A stretch of DNA of 33,970 nt from assembly GCA_001179505.1 (NCBI GenBank), contig CDMY01000665.1, forward strand, positions 1 through 33,970, given 5' to 3'. The position numbers and the translations under genes were made by a program. Shown here in pieces: positions 22,325 to 33,836 of this stretch. The DNA is from Vitrella brassicaformis CCMP3155 (taxonomy: Eukaryota > Protista > Chromerida). The notes under the pieces are model-generated. The model saw nothing but the letters and a program-made list of their open reading frames with translations. It was not told the DNA's origin and did not search any database. Every line of letters starts with the position of its first letter. Positions within the stretch are counted from its first letter, which is position 1.

Positions 22325-25300
22325 GTGGGTGGGTGTTCTTGCTGGTGGTGCAGGTATTGGCACTACCTCCGCGGCACGCAGTGGCCCCCGGCAGCCGACT
22401 ACAGCAACCTGCTCTTGCCTGCAGACAGGCGGCTCTTCGAGATGGCACAGAAATACCGAGAAGCGATGCGGTCCGCAACCCTCCTCCCATCCCAACACTC
22501 GTGTATGTGTGTGTGTGTGTGTGTGTGTCAGTGAGAGAGCCAGGAGAGAGCATTACCTCTCCCGCCGCACGCACGAGGAGCTGCTGCTCGAGCCGGCGCT
22601 CAAGGCGCGGGCGAGGGCCATCGACGAGTGGCTGGACGACGCCAGAAGGCACCCCAATGAGATCCCGTTCGATCGCATGATGCGCGAGGGACGCGAGAGG
22701 ATCCCCTNNNNNNNNNNNNNNNNNNNNNNNNNNNNNNNNNNNNNNNNNNNNNNNNNNNNNNNNNNNNNNNNNNNNNNNNNNNNNNNNNNNNNNNNNNNNN
22801 NNNNNNNNNNNNNNNNNNNNNNNNNNNNNNNNNNNNNNNNNNNNNNNNNNNNNNNNNNNNNNNNNNNNNNNNNNNNNNNNNNNNNNNNNNNNNNNNNNNN
22901 NNNNNNNNNNNNNNNNNNNNNNNNNNNNNNNNNNNNNNNNNNNNNNNNNNNNNNNNNNNNNNNNNNNNNNNNNNNNNNNNNNNNNNNNNNNNNNNNNNNN
23001 NNNNNNNAGTGAGAACAGATGAACGAACGAACGCCCCCCTGCCCCCCTCCCCCCCTCCCTCCCCCCCATCCCTCTCGACGTCTGCAGGCTGAACGAGCAT
23101 GACACGGCCGATGACTCAGAAGAAGAGGAGCAAGACGACGAGCAGCGGCAGCAACAGGGACAGCAAGCAGGGCCGGACAACGCCGCCGCCGCCGCCGCCG
23201 CCGCCGACAGCGACAGCGAGAGGGACCGCCCCACCCCGACCTGCAGCTGGCTCGACCAGTGGTTCCCCTGCCCCTGCCGCGGTGTCCTCAAGAGCAAAGA
23301 GGAGCAGAAGCAGGCGCTGAGGGAGATCATGGAGGAGGAGGGCAAGACGCCGATAAGGAGAAAGAAGAAGAAAAGGGCACAGCAGCAGGGACAGCCACCA
23401 CAGCCACAGCCGCCGCAGCCGAAATTTGGTGGGAGGACAGACGACACAGATCGGTGGATGGTTGCAAAAAGGCTTCATTCCATCTCTCTCTCTCTCTGTG
23501 TGTGTGTGTGCATGTCAGCACCAGGAGCGCCGCAGCAGCCCGGGCCCCCACCAGGAGGGCCTCATCCGCCACCACCACCACCGCCACCAGCAGGCGGACC
23601 AGCAGGCGGCCCTCCAGTGCCCAAGATGCCGCCCCCTGGCGGCCCCAACGCACCACAACCAGCGCAGCCCACAGCGGGCTTCGGACCTCCTGCCATCGCC
23701 CCAAAGGCACCTGGCCCACCAGTAGCTGCCAGTGGTGTTGTGGGAGGGAAGGCGCCCCCGCCCCCGCCGCCTCACCCTGGGCTGCTCCCGCCGCGGCCCC
23801 CCGGGCCTCTTGGTGTTCCTCATCCTCTTGGAATGGCAATGGGGATGATGCGCCCTCCCCACCCCCACGCACACGCACACCCAGCTCTGCGGATGTTCAA
23901 TCCCTACATGCCGTCAAGAGTGCCGCCGCCTGTGCCGGGCTCTCAGGAGATCGCACAGTTCAACAAGAGAAACAAGGAGCGGCGGGAGGGGAAGCTGAAG
24001 AAGGAGACCACCACCGGCAGCAGCGGCACAGAGGGAGGGGAGAGGGAGCTCTCCCTCGGCCCGCGATCGCCCCCACACCCTTTCCCACCTCTCTCTCCCC
24101 CCTCGTCTGATCGCAATCCCATGAGGATGCCCCCGCCACCCCGTTCCCCCCCGCCCCCTCGCAGGCGCGGTTCTGCTCGTGGCCATTCCTCTGGTCGTCG
24201 CAGTGGTCACGGTGGCGGCCGTGGTGTGTCGTCGTCATCATTGATGCGGTCGCCCCGTGCGCCGTTTCGCCCGGGGACGCTGGCTCCCGTGTTGGAAGGG
24301 CCGGAGAGCCAGGAAATCAGTGAGATTGTGGAGGAGGTGGCTGGAGACGAGCAGCAGCAGCAGCAGCAGCAGGGAGGAGGGGGTGGCGGTGATGGTGGTG
24401 GTGGCGAGCGCACCGCAGAGTTGGGAAGTGCTGTTGTGATGCCTCCTAAGGCGGCTGCTGGTGCTGCTGGTGCTGGTAGTGGTAGTAGCAGTGGTGCTGG
24501 GGCTGCAGCAGCAGTTGGTGTTGGTGCGCCTCCATCTCCATCTGGGGGGAATGCCATCGCTCATCCCGTAAGCAGAGACATTAACAAACACGCGACATCA
24601 TCCATTGGTCATTGCTGCCGTGCCCTCTCGTGTATGTCTGTCTGTCTGTCTTGTCAGGCCTTTTCTAGCCCCTCTGTGCATCCTCCCATCCCTCCCACCG
24701 CAGCAGCAGCGGCGGCGGCGGCGGCGGCGGCTGGTCCATCAGTCGGTGCCGCTGGGGCTGCGGGAGGAGTGGTTCGTCGTGGCCCCCACCTGCACAACCA
24801 CCACCACCAGCACCAGCAGCACCAGCACATCCGAGTGGTGTATCCGCCGGTGGTCAACCGAGCTGTCGTGGGGCGCACTGCCCCAGCGGTGATGCCCCTG
24901 CCTTCAGTGCTTGCGGGTGGTGGTGGTCCGATGCCTGCGGGGGTCTCGCCGATGCATAGCTACTTGGTAGGTCCTGTCTGTCTATGTGTGTGTGTGTGTG
25001 TGTCTGTGTGTGTGTCCATTGCAATCGTGCTGTGAACATGGTGCTGTGGTTGTGTGTGTGTGGGTGGCTGCAGGTGCCTCCACCATCAGGTGCGCCAGGT
25101 GCGCTGTCACTCTCTCCCCGTGTGGCACCTCCTAGTGCAGCAGCAGCTGCTGCTGCTACTGGCCCGGCTGGTGCTTGTGTTCGTCCGGCTGGTGTTGCTG
25201 CCTCGATCTCTCCGATGCATAGCTACTTGGTAGGTGCGTATGGATTGACACGATTGTGTATGTGTCTGTTTGTCTGTGTGCAGGGGCCGCGACGGACCTT

Positions 25301-25662
25301 CACACATGGACACGTACCTGCTGTGCTGTCGCCCACTTCTACTTCGACACTGGTTTGTCTGTGTGTGTGTGTGTGTGTTGGTGCCCATTTCTGTGGGTGT
25401 GTCTCTGTTTATGTGTGTGTGTCTGTGTGCAGGTGCCGCCCATGTCGCCAGCTATCGCAGCAGTGAGGTCTCCCGGCTCTGCCCCTCTCATACACAACGC
25501 CCAGGTACCCACACCAGCCGCCACAAACCACCTCACCGACATTCCCCACATGCGGCTGTGTGTGTGTGTGTGCAGCCGTGGGTACCGCAGTTGCCCCCGC
25601 CCCCGGCACGCTGGCCGATGTGGCCCTCACACCAGCACCAGCACCAGCAGCAGAGGCAGTGA
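18173..25662 (+). CDS. Large metacaspase-like (peptidase C14) protein, probably catalytically inactive, with acidic/poly-Ala N-terminus and long Pro-rich C-terminus
   Basis: RRAVVVGCNYLG|TPFQLFGAVNDAVLFADTLVREFGF..., NVFFFAGVGLQAEDTQDYS|DQGYDECILP, VVLDCCCCQS, HG|AFTWSFVNAL, LDQHPRL. Exons stay in phase to the gap at 22708 and resume after it. Whether the part beyond the gap belongs to the same gene is not certain. Confidence 0.75.
22708..23007. other. Assembly gap (300 N), interrupting an exon of the metacaspase-like gene
   Basis: Run of N directly after the open frame ...EGRERIP. Confidence 1.
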
Positions 25663-26036
25663 AAGGCGTAAGAGTAGGTGCGTGTGCGTGTGTGTGTGAG
25701 AGGGTGGGTGTGTGGGTGTCTGATCGCACTTGCAAACGAGGGTCGATCGCAGAATGGGTGGCTGATAGACCGGCTGGCTGAGTGGCTGTAGATATGTGTG
25801 TGGATGTGTGGATGGATGGATGGATGGATCCAATGCTCCATGCGGACAAATATATACAGTTACAGACACCCACACCAGCACGCACACACACATAAAGGGT
25901 CCTCTGTTTCACGCTGTCCATCCATCCATCCATCCAGCCATCCAGCCATCCAGCCAGCAGCACTTGACGAAAAACTGTTGCCCCCTCTCCGATTTCCATC
26001 CACCCAGCCTCCCTCCCGCCCGCCCTTGTTTGTCAG

Positions 26037-26784
26037 TCAGTCGGCATGCGGCCTCCCCGTCTCCCGGCTCTCGTCGTGCAGCGTGCCGCTTGGATGTGTT
26101 GGCGGCGGCATATCGCCGATCTGGCTCATGATCGCCACTCGAGCAGCACCATACGCACACGCTCCCGACCCACCCACAACTCCTACACACCAAGGGCAAG
26201 AGGCAGACGCAGAGAGGGACAGACAGAGAAATGGGCAGAGAGGGGGAGGGGGAGGGGGAGGNNNNNNNNNNNNNNNNNNNNNNNNNNNNNNNNNNNNNNN
26301 NNNNNNNNNNNNNNNNNNNNNNNNNNNNNNNNNNNNNNNNNNNNNNNNNNNNNNNNNNNNNNNNNNNNNNNNNNNNNNNNNNNNNNNNNNNNNNNNNNNN
26401 NNNNNNNNNNNNNNNNNNNNNNNNNNNNNNNNNNNNNNNNNNNNNNNNNNNNNNNNNNNNNNNNNNNNNNNNNNNNNNNNNNNNNNNNNNNNNNNNNNNN
26501 NNNNNNNNNNNNNNNNNNNNNNNNNNNNNNNNNNNNNNNNNNNNNNNNNNNNNNNNNNNNNGGAGGGGGAGGGGGAGGGGGGGCGACGGACATACCGAGA
26601 ATGAAGGTGGTGAGGCATGCAGCGGCCGCCACCCCGGCCATTGCGAAGAAGAGCGCTCCCGAGAGGAATGACGGCTGGTACGCACGCACCAGCCGATACA
26701 CCGCAAAGAGGAAATGCACAAAGGCCGTGAACATCCCTGCACACACACACACACACACACCCGCCACACCATCACGTGACACCA

Positions 26785-26821
<37 letters not shown>

Positions 26822-27422
26822 TGTTGGCTGACCAACAGTGAGATTGATGAGGTATCTGATTGCAAGTTTGATGAGCCACACGACGGTCGATTCGTCGGAA
26901 GAGGTGAAGGTCAGGAAGAGGGCGTCCATCATGGTCCATTGAAGGGCCGCACGGTTGCCTGCGCCAACACACACACACACACAACAACACACACACACAC
27001 GCACTCGTCTGCCTTCGGCCTGCCCGTCAGTGGCTGCCCTCCCACCGACCCACCCGAGTCGACTGAGGACCAAAAGGTCCGTCTCGCATCGGCCACTCCC
27101 ATTTTGCTCCACAGCCCCACTTTGGCCCTTCCCGCACTCAGGGCCGCATCCCTCTTACCCCGGGCGGCATTCAGCCCCGCCAGCGCCGTGTGGTACTCGG
27201 CCTTGAGGCGCTGGCAGGAGGGGTCGCATGACCAGAACCAGCCACGGGCGTTCTGCAGCACACACAGGAGGGTGGATGGGGAGGGGAGGTGGGAAGGCGG
27301 CTTGTTTCCTCTTTGTTTGGTTGGTTGTTTGTTTGGTTTACCCGGTACTCTGACTCGGCTGTTCTCAGGATGGCGTAGGCGTCCCGCATCTGTGTGTTTG
27401 TGTGAGGGAGAGATGGGCAGAG

Positions 27423-27459
<37 letters not shown>

Positions 27460-27798
27460 CGTGGTTTGCCTACTGCAGTGTCCTCAATGATGGCCGCATT
27501 CTGCACAGACTGCTCATACTCCATCAGCTGCACCTCATTCACCCCTGACACGACACAAATCAATCACATGCATCAAACCAAGAGCAGCAGCAGCTCCTGT
27601 GTGTGTGTGTGTGTGTGTTTATGCCTCTGCGGGCTAAGGATCCTTACTGAAGCCCTTGAAGCACACCCCGACAAGCAGCCCGAGCAGCCACAGCGAGGTG
27701 AGCACGTAGTTCCTCTTGACCCATGCGACAGTGTGGCGTACGGCCAGCGTGCCGATCTCGTTCTCAAAGCGGCGGATCTCCTGAACGGCCTCACTCAT
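26037..27798 (-). CDS. Uncharacterised multi-pass membrane protein with a coiled-coil region, multi-exon
   Basis: Phase-consistent exons: MSEAVQEIRR...YVLTSLWLLGLLVGVCFKGF, NARGWFWSCDPSCQRLKAEY...KVGLWSKMGVADARRTFW, QWTMMDALF...WLIKLAIRYLINLTV|GMFTAFVHFLFAVYRLVRAYQPSFLSGALFFAMAGVAAAACLTTFIL. One N-terminal and about three C-terminal hydrophobic segments. Confidence 0.75.
26262..26561. other. Assembly gap (300 N) flanked on both sides by (GGGGGA)n
   Basis: Run of N with agggggagggggagggggagg before it and ggagggggagggggaggggggg after it. Confidence 1.
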
Positions 27799-28116
27799 CT
27801 GCACACAATTGATACCAGCAAGTCACGAAACGAGGGCGCATTGAATTCATTCAAACGAGATCTGCCGCACCTGTAACACTGTTGTTGCCTGGCTTGGAAG
27901 TTCGCTCCTCAGCGAGATGGCACACCGACTTGGCGGCCTAGGGTGCTTCCTGAAACCGCTGCCGCCCGAGATGCCAAGCTCGCAGATCTCGAGGGTCGCG
28001 AAAGGAGCCCAGGAGGTTGCCTGAGTGCTGATTTGCGTGTCTGCAGCTCCTGCAGCCGGTTTCCCCGGGGCGATCTGGCTCTCTGCGACCATCGGCAGTC
28101 GTTAGCGACTCAGCGA

Positions 28117-30056
28117 ATGGAGGCCGCTCCAGCCCTTCCGTCACCTGATGGCTCCACCGGCAGCAGTGATGCGCCTGACGGGCCTGATGGCGACTTGCTG
28201 CCATCTGCAGGCGCGGCAGACGGCCACTCCTCACCGGACTCCTCATCGCCAGATACCACCCCCACCACAGCCAGCAGCGGCAGTCACAGCGGCAGCAAGA
28301 CCTCACGATTCGGGTTTGGCGACGCTGTCAGCAGCAGCCCGGCGGAGCACAAGCCGGCAAGGCGGCGCTGGGTGCTGATGTTCCTTCTGCCAGCCGCAAT
28401 GGCGGTCATCGCTTGGGTGGTGTTGCTGCCGCCATCGGGGCCGCCGAGATCGGTGCGGGCGGCCTACTCGGAGTCGCTGCTGCCGTGGCCCGTCTATCGC
28501 ATCGGCATGCCATTGCTCGAATTCGCCGACCGTTTCGCTCGAGAGATGACGCCGCCTGAGATGCGGGTGCCCATGCTGGCTGGCGTCTGGATGGAGAGCG
28601 TCATCGTCTATGCTGTCGCGAAGCTGTCCATCTGCGACGTCATGTGGTCGATGAGGCAGCCATCGTCGGTAGATGAGGTCGCCCAGGGGCTGGTTGACCG
28701 CGGTGTGGTGACGAGCATCCAGACGGGCCACCTGCAGCGGCTCATGGACGCCGCTATAGAGGTGGGCCTCTTCGCCAAACAGGGAGACAAGTATGTCCTG
28801 ACGCCGAGTGGCGAGATGCTGCGGGCGGACCACCCGAGGAGCTCCCGGGCGACGGTGCTCTTTCTGGCGGGGCCTGACGGGATGGCTCCCTGGCATGCTG
28901 TCGTCAATTCGGTGCAGACGGGCAATAGTGGGTGGATGGAGGTCTATGGGAAAGAGAAGTTCCAGCACATGCTGGAGGAGCCCGCACAGTGGCACACATT
29001 CGACAGGGCACAGGTACTCAAGACAGGGACAGACAGAGGGAGGGAGGGAGGAAGGGGTGACAGCGACCTCCACGTGTGTGTGTGTGTTGGTTGGTCTTTT
29101 GTTTGTCAGGCAGCGATGTCCAAGCTGTTGCAGCACAGCTTGTTGGCCGAGTACGCCTTCACCGGCCGCATCAACAGGACGGGAAGCGACGCGGACTTCG
29201 TCTTCTGCGATATAGGAGGGGGCGAAGGTGCGCTCCGATGCGCCTTTCATACGTGTGTGTGTGGGGGGGGCCAATACGTGTGTGTGTTTCTGTTGCTCGT
29301 GGGTGTGTGTGTGTTTGTGTGCAGGTGTGATTATGGCAGAGGTGCTGTCTCATTATCCCAATGCCAGAGGTCTTCTGCTCGACCAAGTGAGCACACGCGC
29401 CGACATCTCTTACTCCCTCCCTCTGTGTCTGTGTGTCTGTGTCAGTCTGCCCCCGTGGTGGCAGCGAACAATCGGTTCGCTGCCAAGAGCTTGGCCGACC
29501 GCGCAATGGCCATCGAAGGCAGCTTCTTCGATCCACTGCCACAAGAGTTCCAGGTGACTCACACAGACATGAGCGAGAGACTGACCACTCATCCACTCAT
29601 TGTGTGCAGGCATGTGACTATTTCCACCTGCGGTGGATTCTCCACGATTGGAGCGACCATGACAGCCATCGCATCTTGTCCCGGGTCGCCGAGGCGGCCG
29701 AAAGAGGGGCGGCGGTGCTGCTGAGCGAGGCCGTCCTCGGCACCCAGCCGCACATATTCGAGCGGCACAAACGGCTGATGGACCTTACTATGATGGCCTG
29801 GCACCAACCGGGGGCAAAGGAGAGGACGGTGAGTGCTGTGCGCCACGCCATAGACACACATGGCCATGGCCAGCAGGGGTATCCCTCCCTCCCTCTCTCT
29901 GTGTGAGTGTCTGCACAGCTGAGTGAGTTCGACAGTCTTCTCTCGAGCCTGGGGTACAAGCGCGCTGCGTACGTGGAGAGCCAGGGGCCCATGGCCGTGA
30001 TGGAGTACAGGCGGCCACACACACACGGGCGGCCAGAGCACCACGGCGCATCATGA
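28117..30056 (+). CDS. SAM-dependent class II (COMT/ASMT-like) O-methyltransferase with N-terminal transmembrane anchor, 6 exons
   Basis: Dimerisation-type region (AVAKLSICD...LQRLMDAAIEVGLF...YVLTPSGEMLRADHP), motif I FCDIGGGEG, GLLLDQ, EGSFFDPLP, catalytic WILHDWSD, and DLTMM...GAKERT. TM segment RRRWVLMFLLPAAMAVIAWVVLLP. Confidence 0.9.
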
Positions 30057-31949
30057 GCTACGCTGACATATGGGCCATAGGTAATTCGGTGTGGTGTGAT
30101 GATCAGGGGGACGGATGGATGGATGGATGGCGAGGGGGAGGGAGGGAGGGAGGGAAGTGTACATTCAAAGTAGGGAAGACCTCACAGGCAGCATATGACC
30201 GAGCTCGCTGGGCGGGGTGGGGGGCGAGCGCGGGGGGCGGATGGGAGGGATTCTTTTGTCTTCTGCTGTTTGTTTTCCTCTCTTTCTGTTTTGCCCTTTT
30301 TGTTTTGCTTCGCTTTGGATTTCTTTGCTTTGCTTTGCTTTGCTTTTCGCTTTGGGTATACAAACGGTATACAGACGTCGTCGCGTGTACGGGTGCTATC
30401 GTGTGTGTGTGTGTGTGTGTGTAGGGGTGAGAAGGAGATCGACGCAGCTGCTGATCCCTCCATCCCTCGCGTACCGTATGTGTGTAGGTGTGTCTATTAT
30501 TTGTATTGTAGTTCTTCCTTCTTCTTCTTCTGTGTGGGCGCCTTTTGGTTTCTCTTTTCGTCTTTTCTTTTGACAAGGGTAGGCAGGCTGGTCGAGTGTC
30601 TGCGCAGGTGGGCTTGCTACACTCCCTCGCCCCCCCCCTCTCCCCCCCAATTACACCTTTTTGTGCCTCGATGGATTGCATTCGTGGGCCTCCCTCTCTC
30701 ACCTCACATAACATCACACGTGTGCATCAGCATCGCTCAATCGCTCAACCAAGATTGCTTGCACGTTTCTTTGTCACGATTGTTTTGAGACGGGAGGGGA
30801 CGGGACGGGAGGGGGCGCAACTCAGTTGAGGTGAGGCCGCACGGCCTGGGCTGCCTGAATGAGATATGCTACACTGCGTCTGTGTATGGCGTCTCGCTTT
30901 TTGTCTGCCTGTCTGCCTGTCTGTCTGTCTGCCTCGATGGTGAGTGGCCGCACAGGGGAGGGAAAGAAAAGGCGTCAACTGGCTGACTTCATCTGCCTGT
31001 GGCTTGGCCTGCCTGGGTCGACTGATTGCATGCAGGTGTGGTGTGTGGGGTGCACGTCTGTCTGTCTGTCTGTCTTCATGTCTGTCTGTATATTCGTGTG
31101 GATGGATGGATGGATGGATGGCCGGATGGCTCCGTAATGTCGTTTATTATACTACCCGTATACATATACACATTGACACATTGACAGGGTAGGAGATTGG
31201 GGCAGTGGGCCGGGGCGGTGGGGCGGGCGGGGCGGGGCGTGAATGGCCTGCACTGTACAGTACTTCCTGTAGTGAATGAGTGGACGGCTGGGTGGATGGA
31301 TGGTCGGTCGGTCGATGGGCCTGATGGGTGGGCAAGGTGGCTTTTCGCATTCCACAGTGGTGCACCACTGCAGACGTCGAAACACACACACACACACACA
31401 CAGAGGATGGATGAGATCTGATTGATTCATCTGCATGGAAGACGACGGACGACGGACGAGGCGATTTTGAGGCTGGCTGGCCGGCCGCTGAGCTGACCGC
31501 TGCTGATATGATTTTTAGGTGGTCGTGCTTTTCTAACGTCAGTTTGCACGCACTCGACTGCTGCATACATACACACCACTAAACTCACTGGAACACTCAC
31601 CTGTTGTCACGATCCCTTGACGACCTGCCTGACTGACTTACCGACTGACCACAGTGTGCTTGCTACCCAAATCCTTACACAGACGATCCGATCTGATATA
31701 TATATGTCTGTCTGTCTGCATCCGTGGACTCTCGCACTCAATCACCAATTCGACCACGTGCACGTCGCAAAGTCGGCTTGAAAGCCAACAGCGTCAATCG
31801 CTGCGCCCGAGACGCCGAAAACAGGTCGAGCCTTATCGGGCAGCCCACTGAATATGCGCATCTACGGAGTTGATGAGGTCAGGTCCGACCGTGCCTGAAA
31901 ATGGCCAAACGCCTATACATTCCAATGCGCATGCCACCTGGTTGATGTC

Positions 31950-32350
31950 AGGTATACCGGTAGGTCAGCCGGAGTGACTTGCTGCCCGCATTGGCCCACT
32001 TGGCGATGCACATCTCCCGCAGCCTCGTGACCGTACTGCCCTCAACCGGCGACTGCAAACCACACTCGTACGTGGGAAACAGGTGTGTGTGAGTGTGGGG
32101 ATCCAACTGACCGTAAGGTAGCCGTGCAGACGACTGCGCATGTTGGCCAGAGTGTCCATCTCTTGTGAGAGGCCGCACATCAGCATCACCTGCGCCACCT
32201 CCGGCGGTCTCAGTGAGTCGGCGGCGGTGGCGCACTTGTGCAGAAGAGCCAACTGTTGAAGCTCTGCACACCACACACCAAGACAAAGAGCAACTTTACA
32301 CTACTGTGGGTGCTCTGCTTCCCTGCTGGTAGCATTTCGGCACCTCATCG
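31950..32350 (-). pseudogene. Truncated paralog fragment of the RING-TLDc gene (middle exons only)
   Basis: Reverse complement resembles ~9775-10210 (EVPKCYQ; ELQQLALLHKCATAADSL...MRSRLHGYLT; SPVEGSTVTRLREMCIAKWANAGSKSLRLTY). No RING exons upstream and no terminal TLDc exon downstream within the window. Confidence 0.7.
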
Positions 32351-32859
32351 TCACCCTTCAGAATTGACATGCACAACGCGGGAAGGACACACCAAAGAGA
32401 TGCGACCGATTTTCCCTTTCGTTCTCACTCGCATCTCTTTGGACACGTAATGGCGTCGAGTTCGTCGTCCTCTGCGTGTGGAGTAGGTCTCTCATGGTCT
32501 CTCATTACATGACGTCACGGCAGCTGCCGTTTGGCGTCTCACATCTAGCTGAGCAGACATGTACACACATTAGATCTGAGGATGTCACGGCATCTACAGA
32601 CGGACAACACACGTCTGCTGGCCCCTCCCGCCTACTCGGCGACTGCGTGACTCACTCACCACATCTGTGCGTTTGAGGCGTTCGGTGCTCGAGTAGGCGT
32701 TGGCATATCTCCCACGACAGATGCCCCTCGTAAAACACGAGAGCTGCCATCATCCTGCGACTTTCTGCGGCGAGAGGTCTCTGTCTCTTGAAGAAATAAT
32801 AATATCCGCTGATATTGTTTCTGTCTATTCTGTCTATTCTTTCCGACCGAAACTACAGC

Positions 32860-33802
32860 CCTTCAGAAGGCAACAGAATTTTCGACTTCGTTTTTGGGTT
32901 CTCGCTTTGGTTTGCCTTTCCTTCGGCCGTCTTTGTCCTTTTCCAGCGTTTCTTTTGGGTTTTCTTGGGTTTTCCCTCGCTGCCTCCCTCCCTCACACCA
33001 GTGCTGCCGCCGACAGTCACGATGCGCGTGTGTCCCCTCGTCGCCGTCACGCTGCTGCTCGCCGCCTCAGGTGCGTCGCTCACACCACGACGAAGGCAGG
33101 GCACCACCGCACGGGCCATCACTCTCTGTCTGCCTCTGTGTGTCTGCTGTGCCGTTCTCCGCCTGTGTGCTGTGTCTCCCCCGTCTCTGTGTGTCAGTGT
33201 CTGTGGCGGTGTGTGAGGCCCAGCAGCAGCAGCAGCAGCCGTCGCCCTCCCTCGTGCGGTCTCTGGCTGAGGACGACGCTGTGAGCGTCAAGGGCAAGAA
33301 GCCGGCAGCTGAGGACAAGGAGGACAAGGATGTGCCTGAGTGGAATGGGAACGACAAGTGGGGAATCCACGAGGACCTGAACCATGACATCCAGGACTAC
33401 AACCACATGCTGGAGCACGCTTACAAGTTCCAGAACGTGATGTACTACTACAAGCGCAATGACGTCGGGTGAGCACCGCCCTCACGCACGCGCCTCAACA
33501 CAGTGCACCATTGGTCGTGTGTGCTGTCTGTCTGTCTGGTTGTTAGGCTGAAAGGATTCGCTTATCTCGCTGGCTCCAAGTTTTCCGGGCTTGTGAAGAA
33601 GGTCGATAAGATCATCAAGTACTTGCAGAGGTACGTGGTGTCTGTGTGTCTGCCACCATCTTGGCCGTCTCCCTCTCTCCCTGCCTGTGTGTGGTGGCAG
33701 CCGTGGTCATTACTATGAGCCTCAAGACATCAAGAAGCTCTACTACAATGACGATTCTTACAAGGTCCCCAAACGTACTCGGATGGCTGTGTGCTTCAAG
33801 TG

Positions 33803-33836
<34 letters not shown>

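Noticed and set aside
27943-28116. Upstream extension of the OMT ORF
   Set aside because: Begins at a non-ATG codon in the shared divergent spacer. ATG 28117 is the first conventional start.
30060-31940. Possible minus-strand gene (ORF 31147-31566, MQQSSACKLTLEKH...) and other ORFs in this interval
   Set aside because: I could not build a phase-consistent exon chain or find any motif. The region is dominated by (GGAT)n, (GT)n and T-rich tracts. A short or non-coding transcript cannot be excluded without RNA data.
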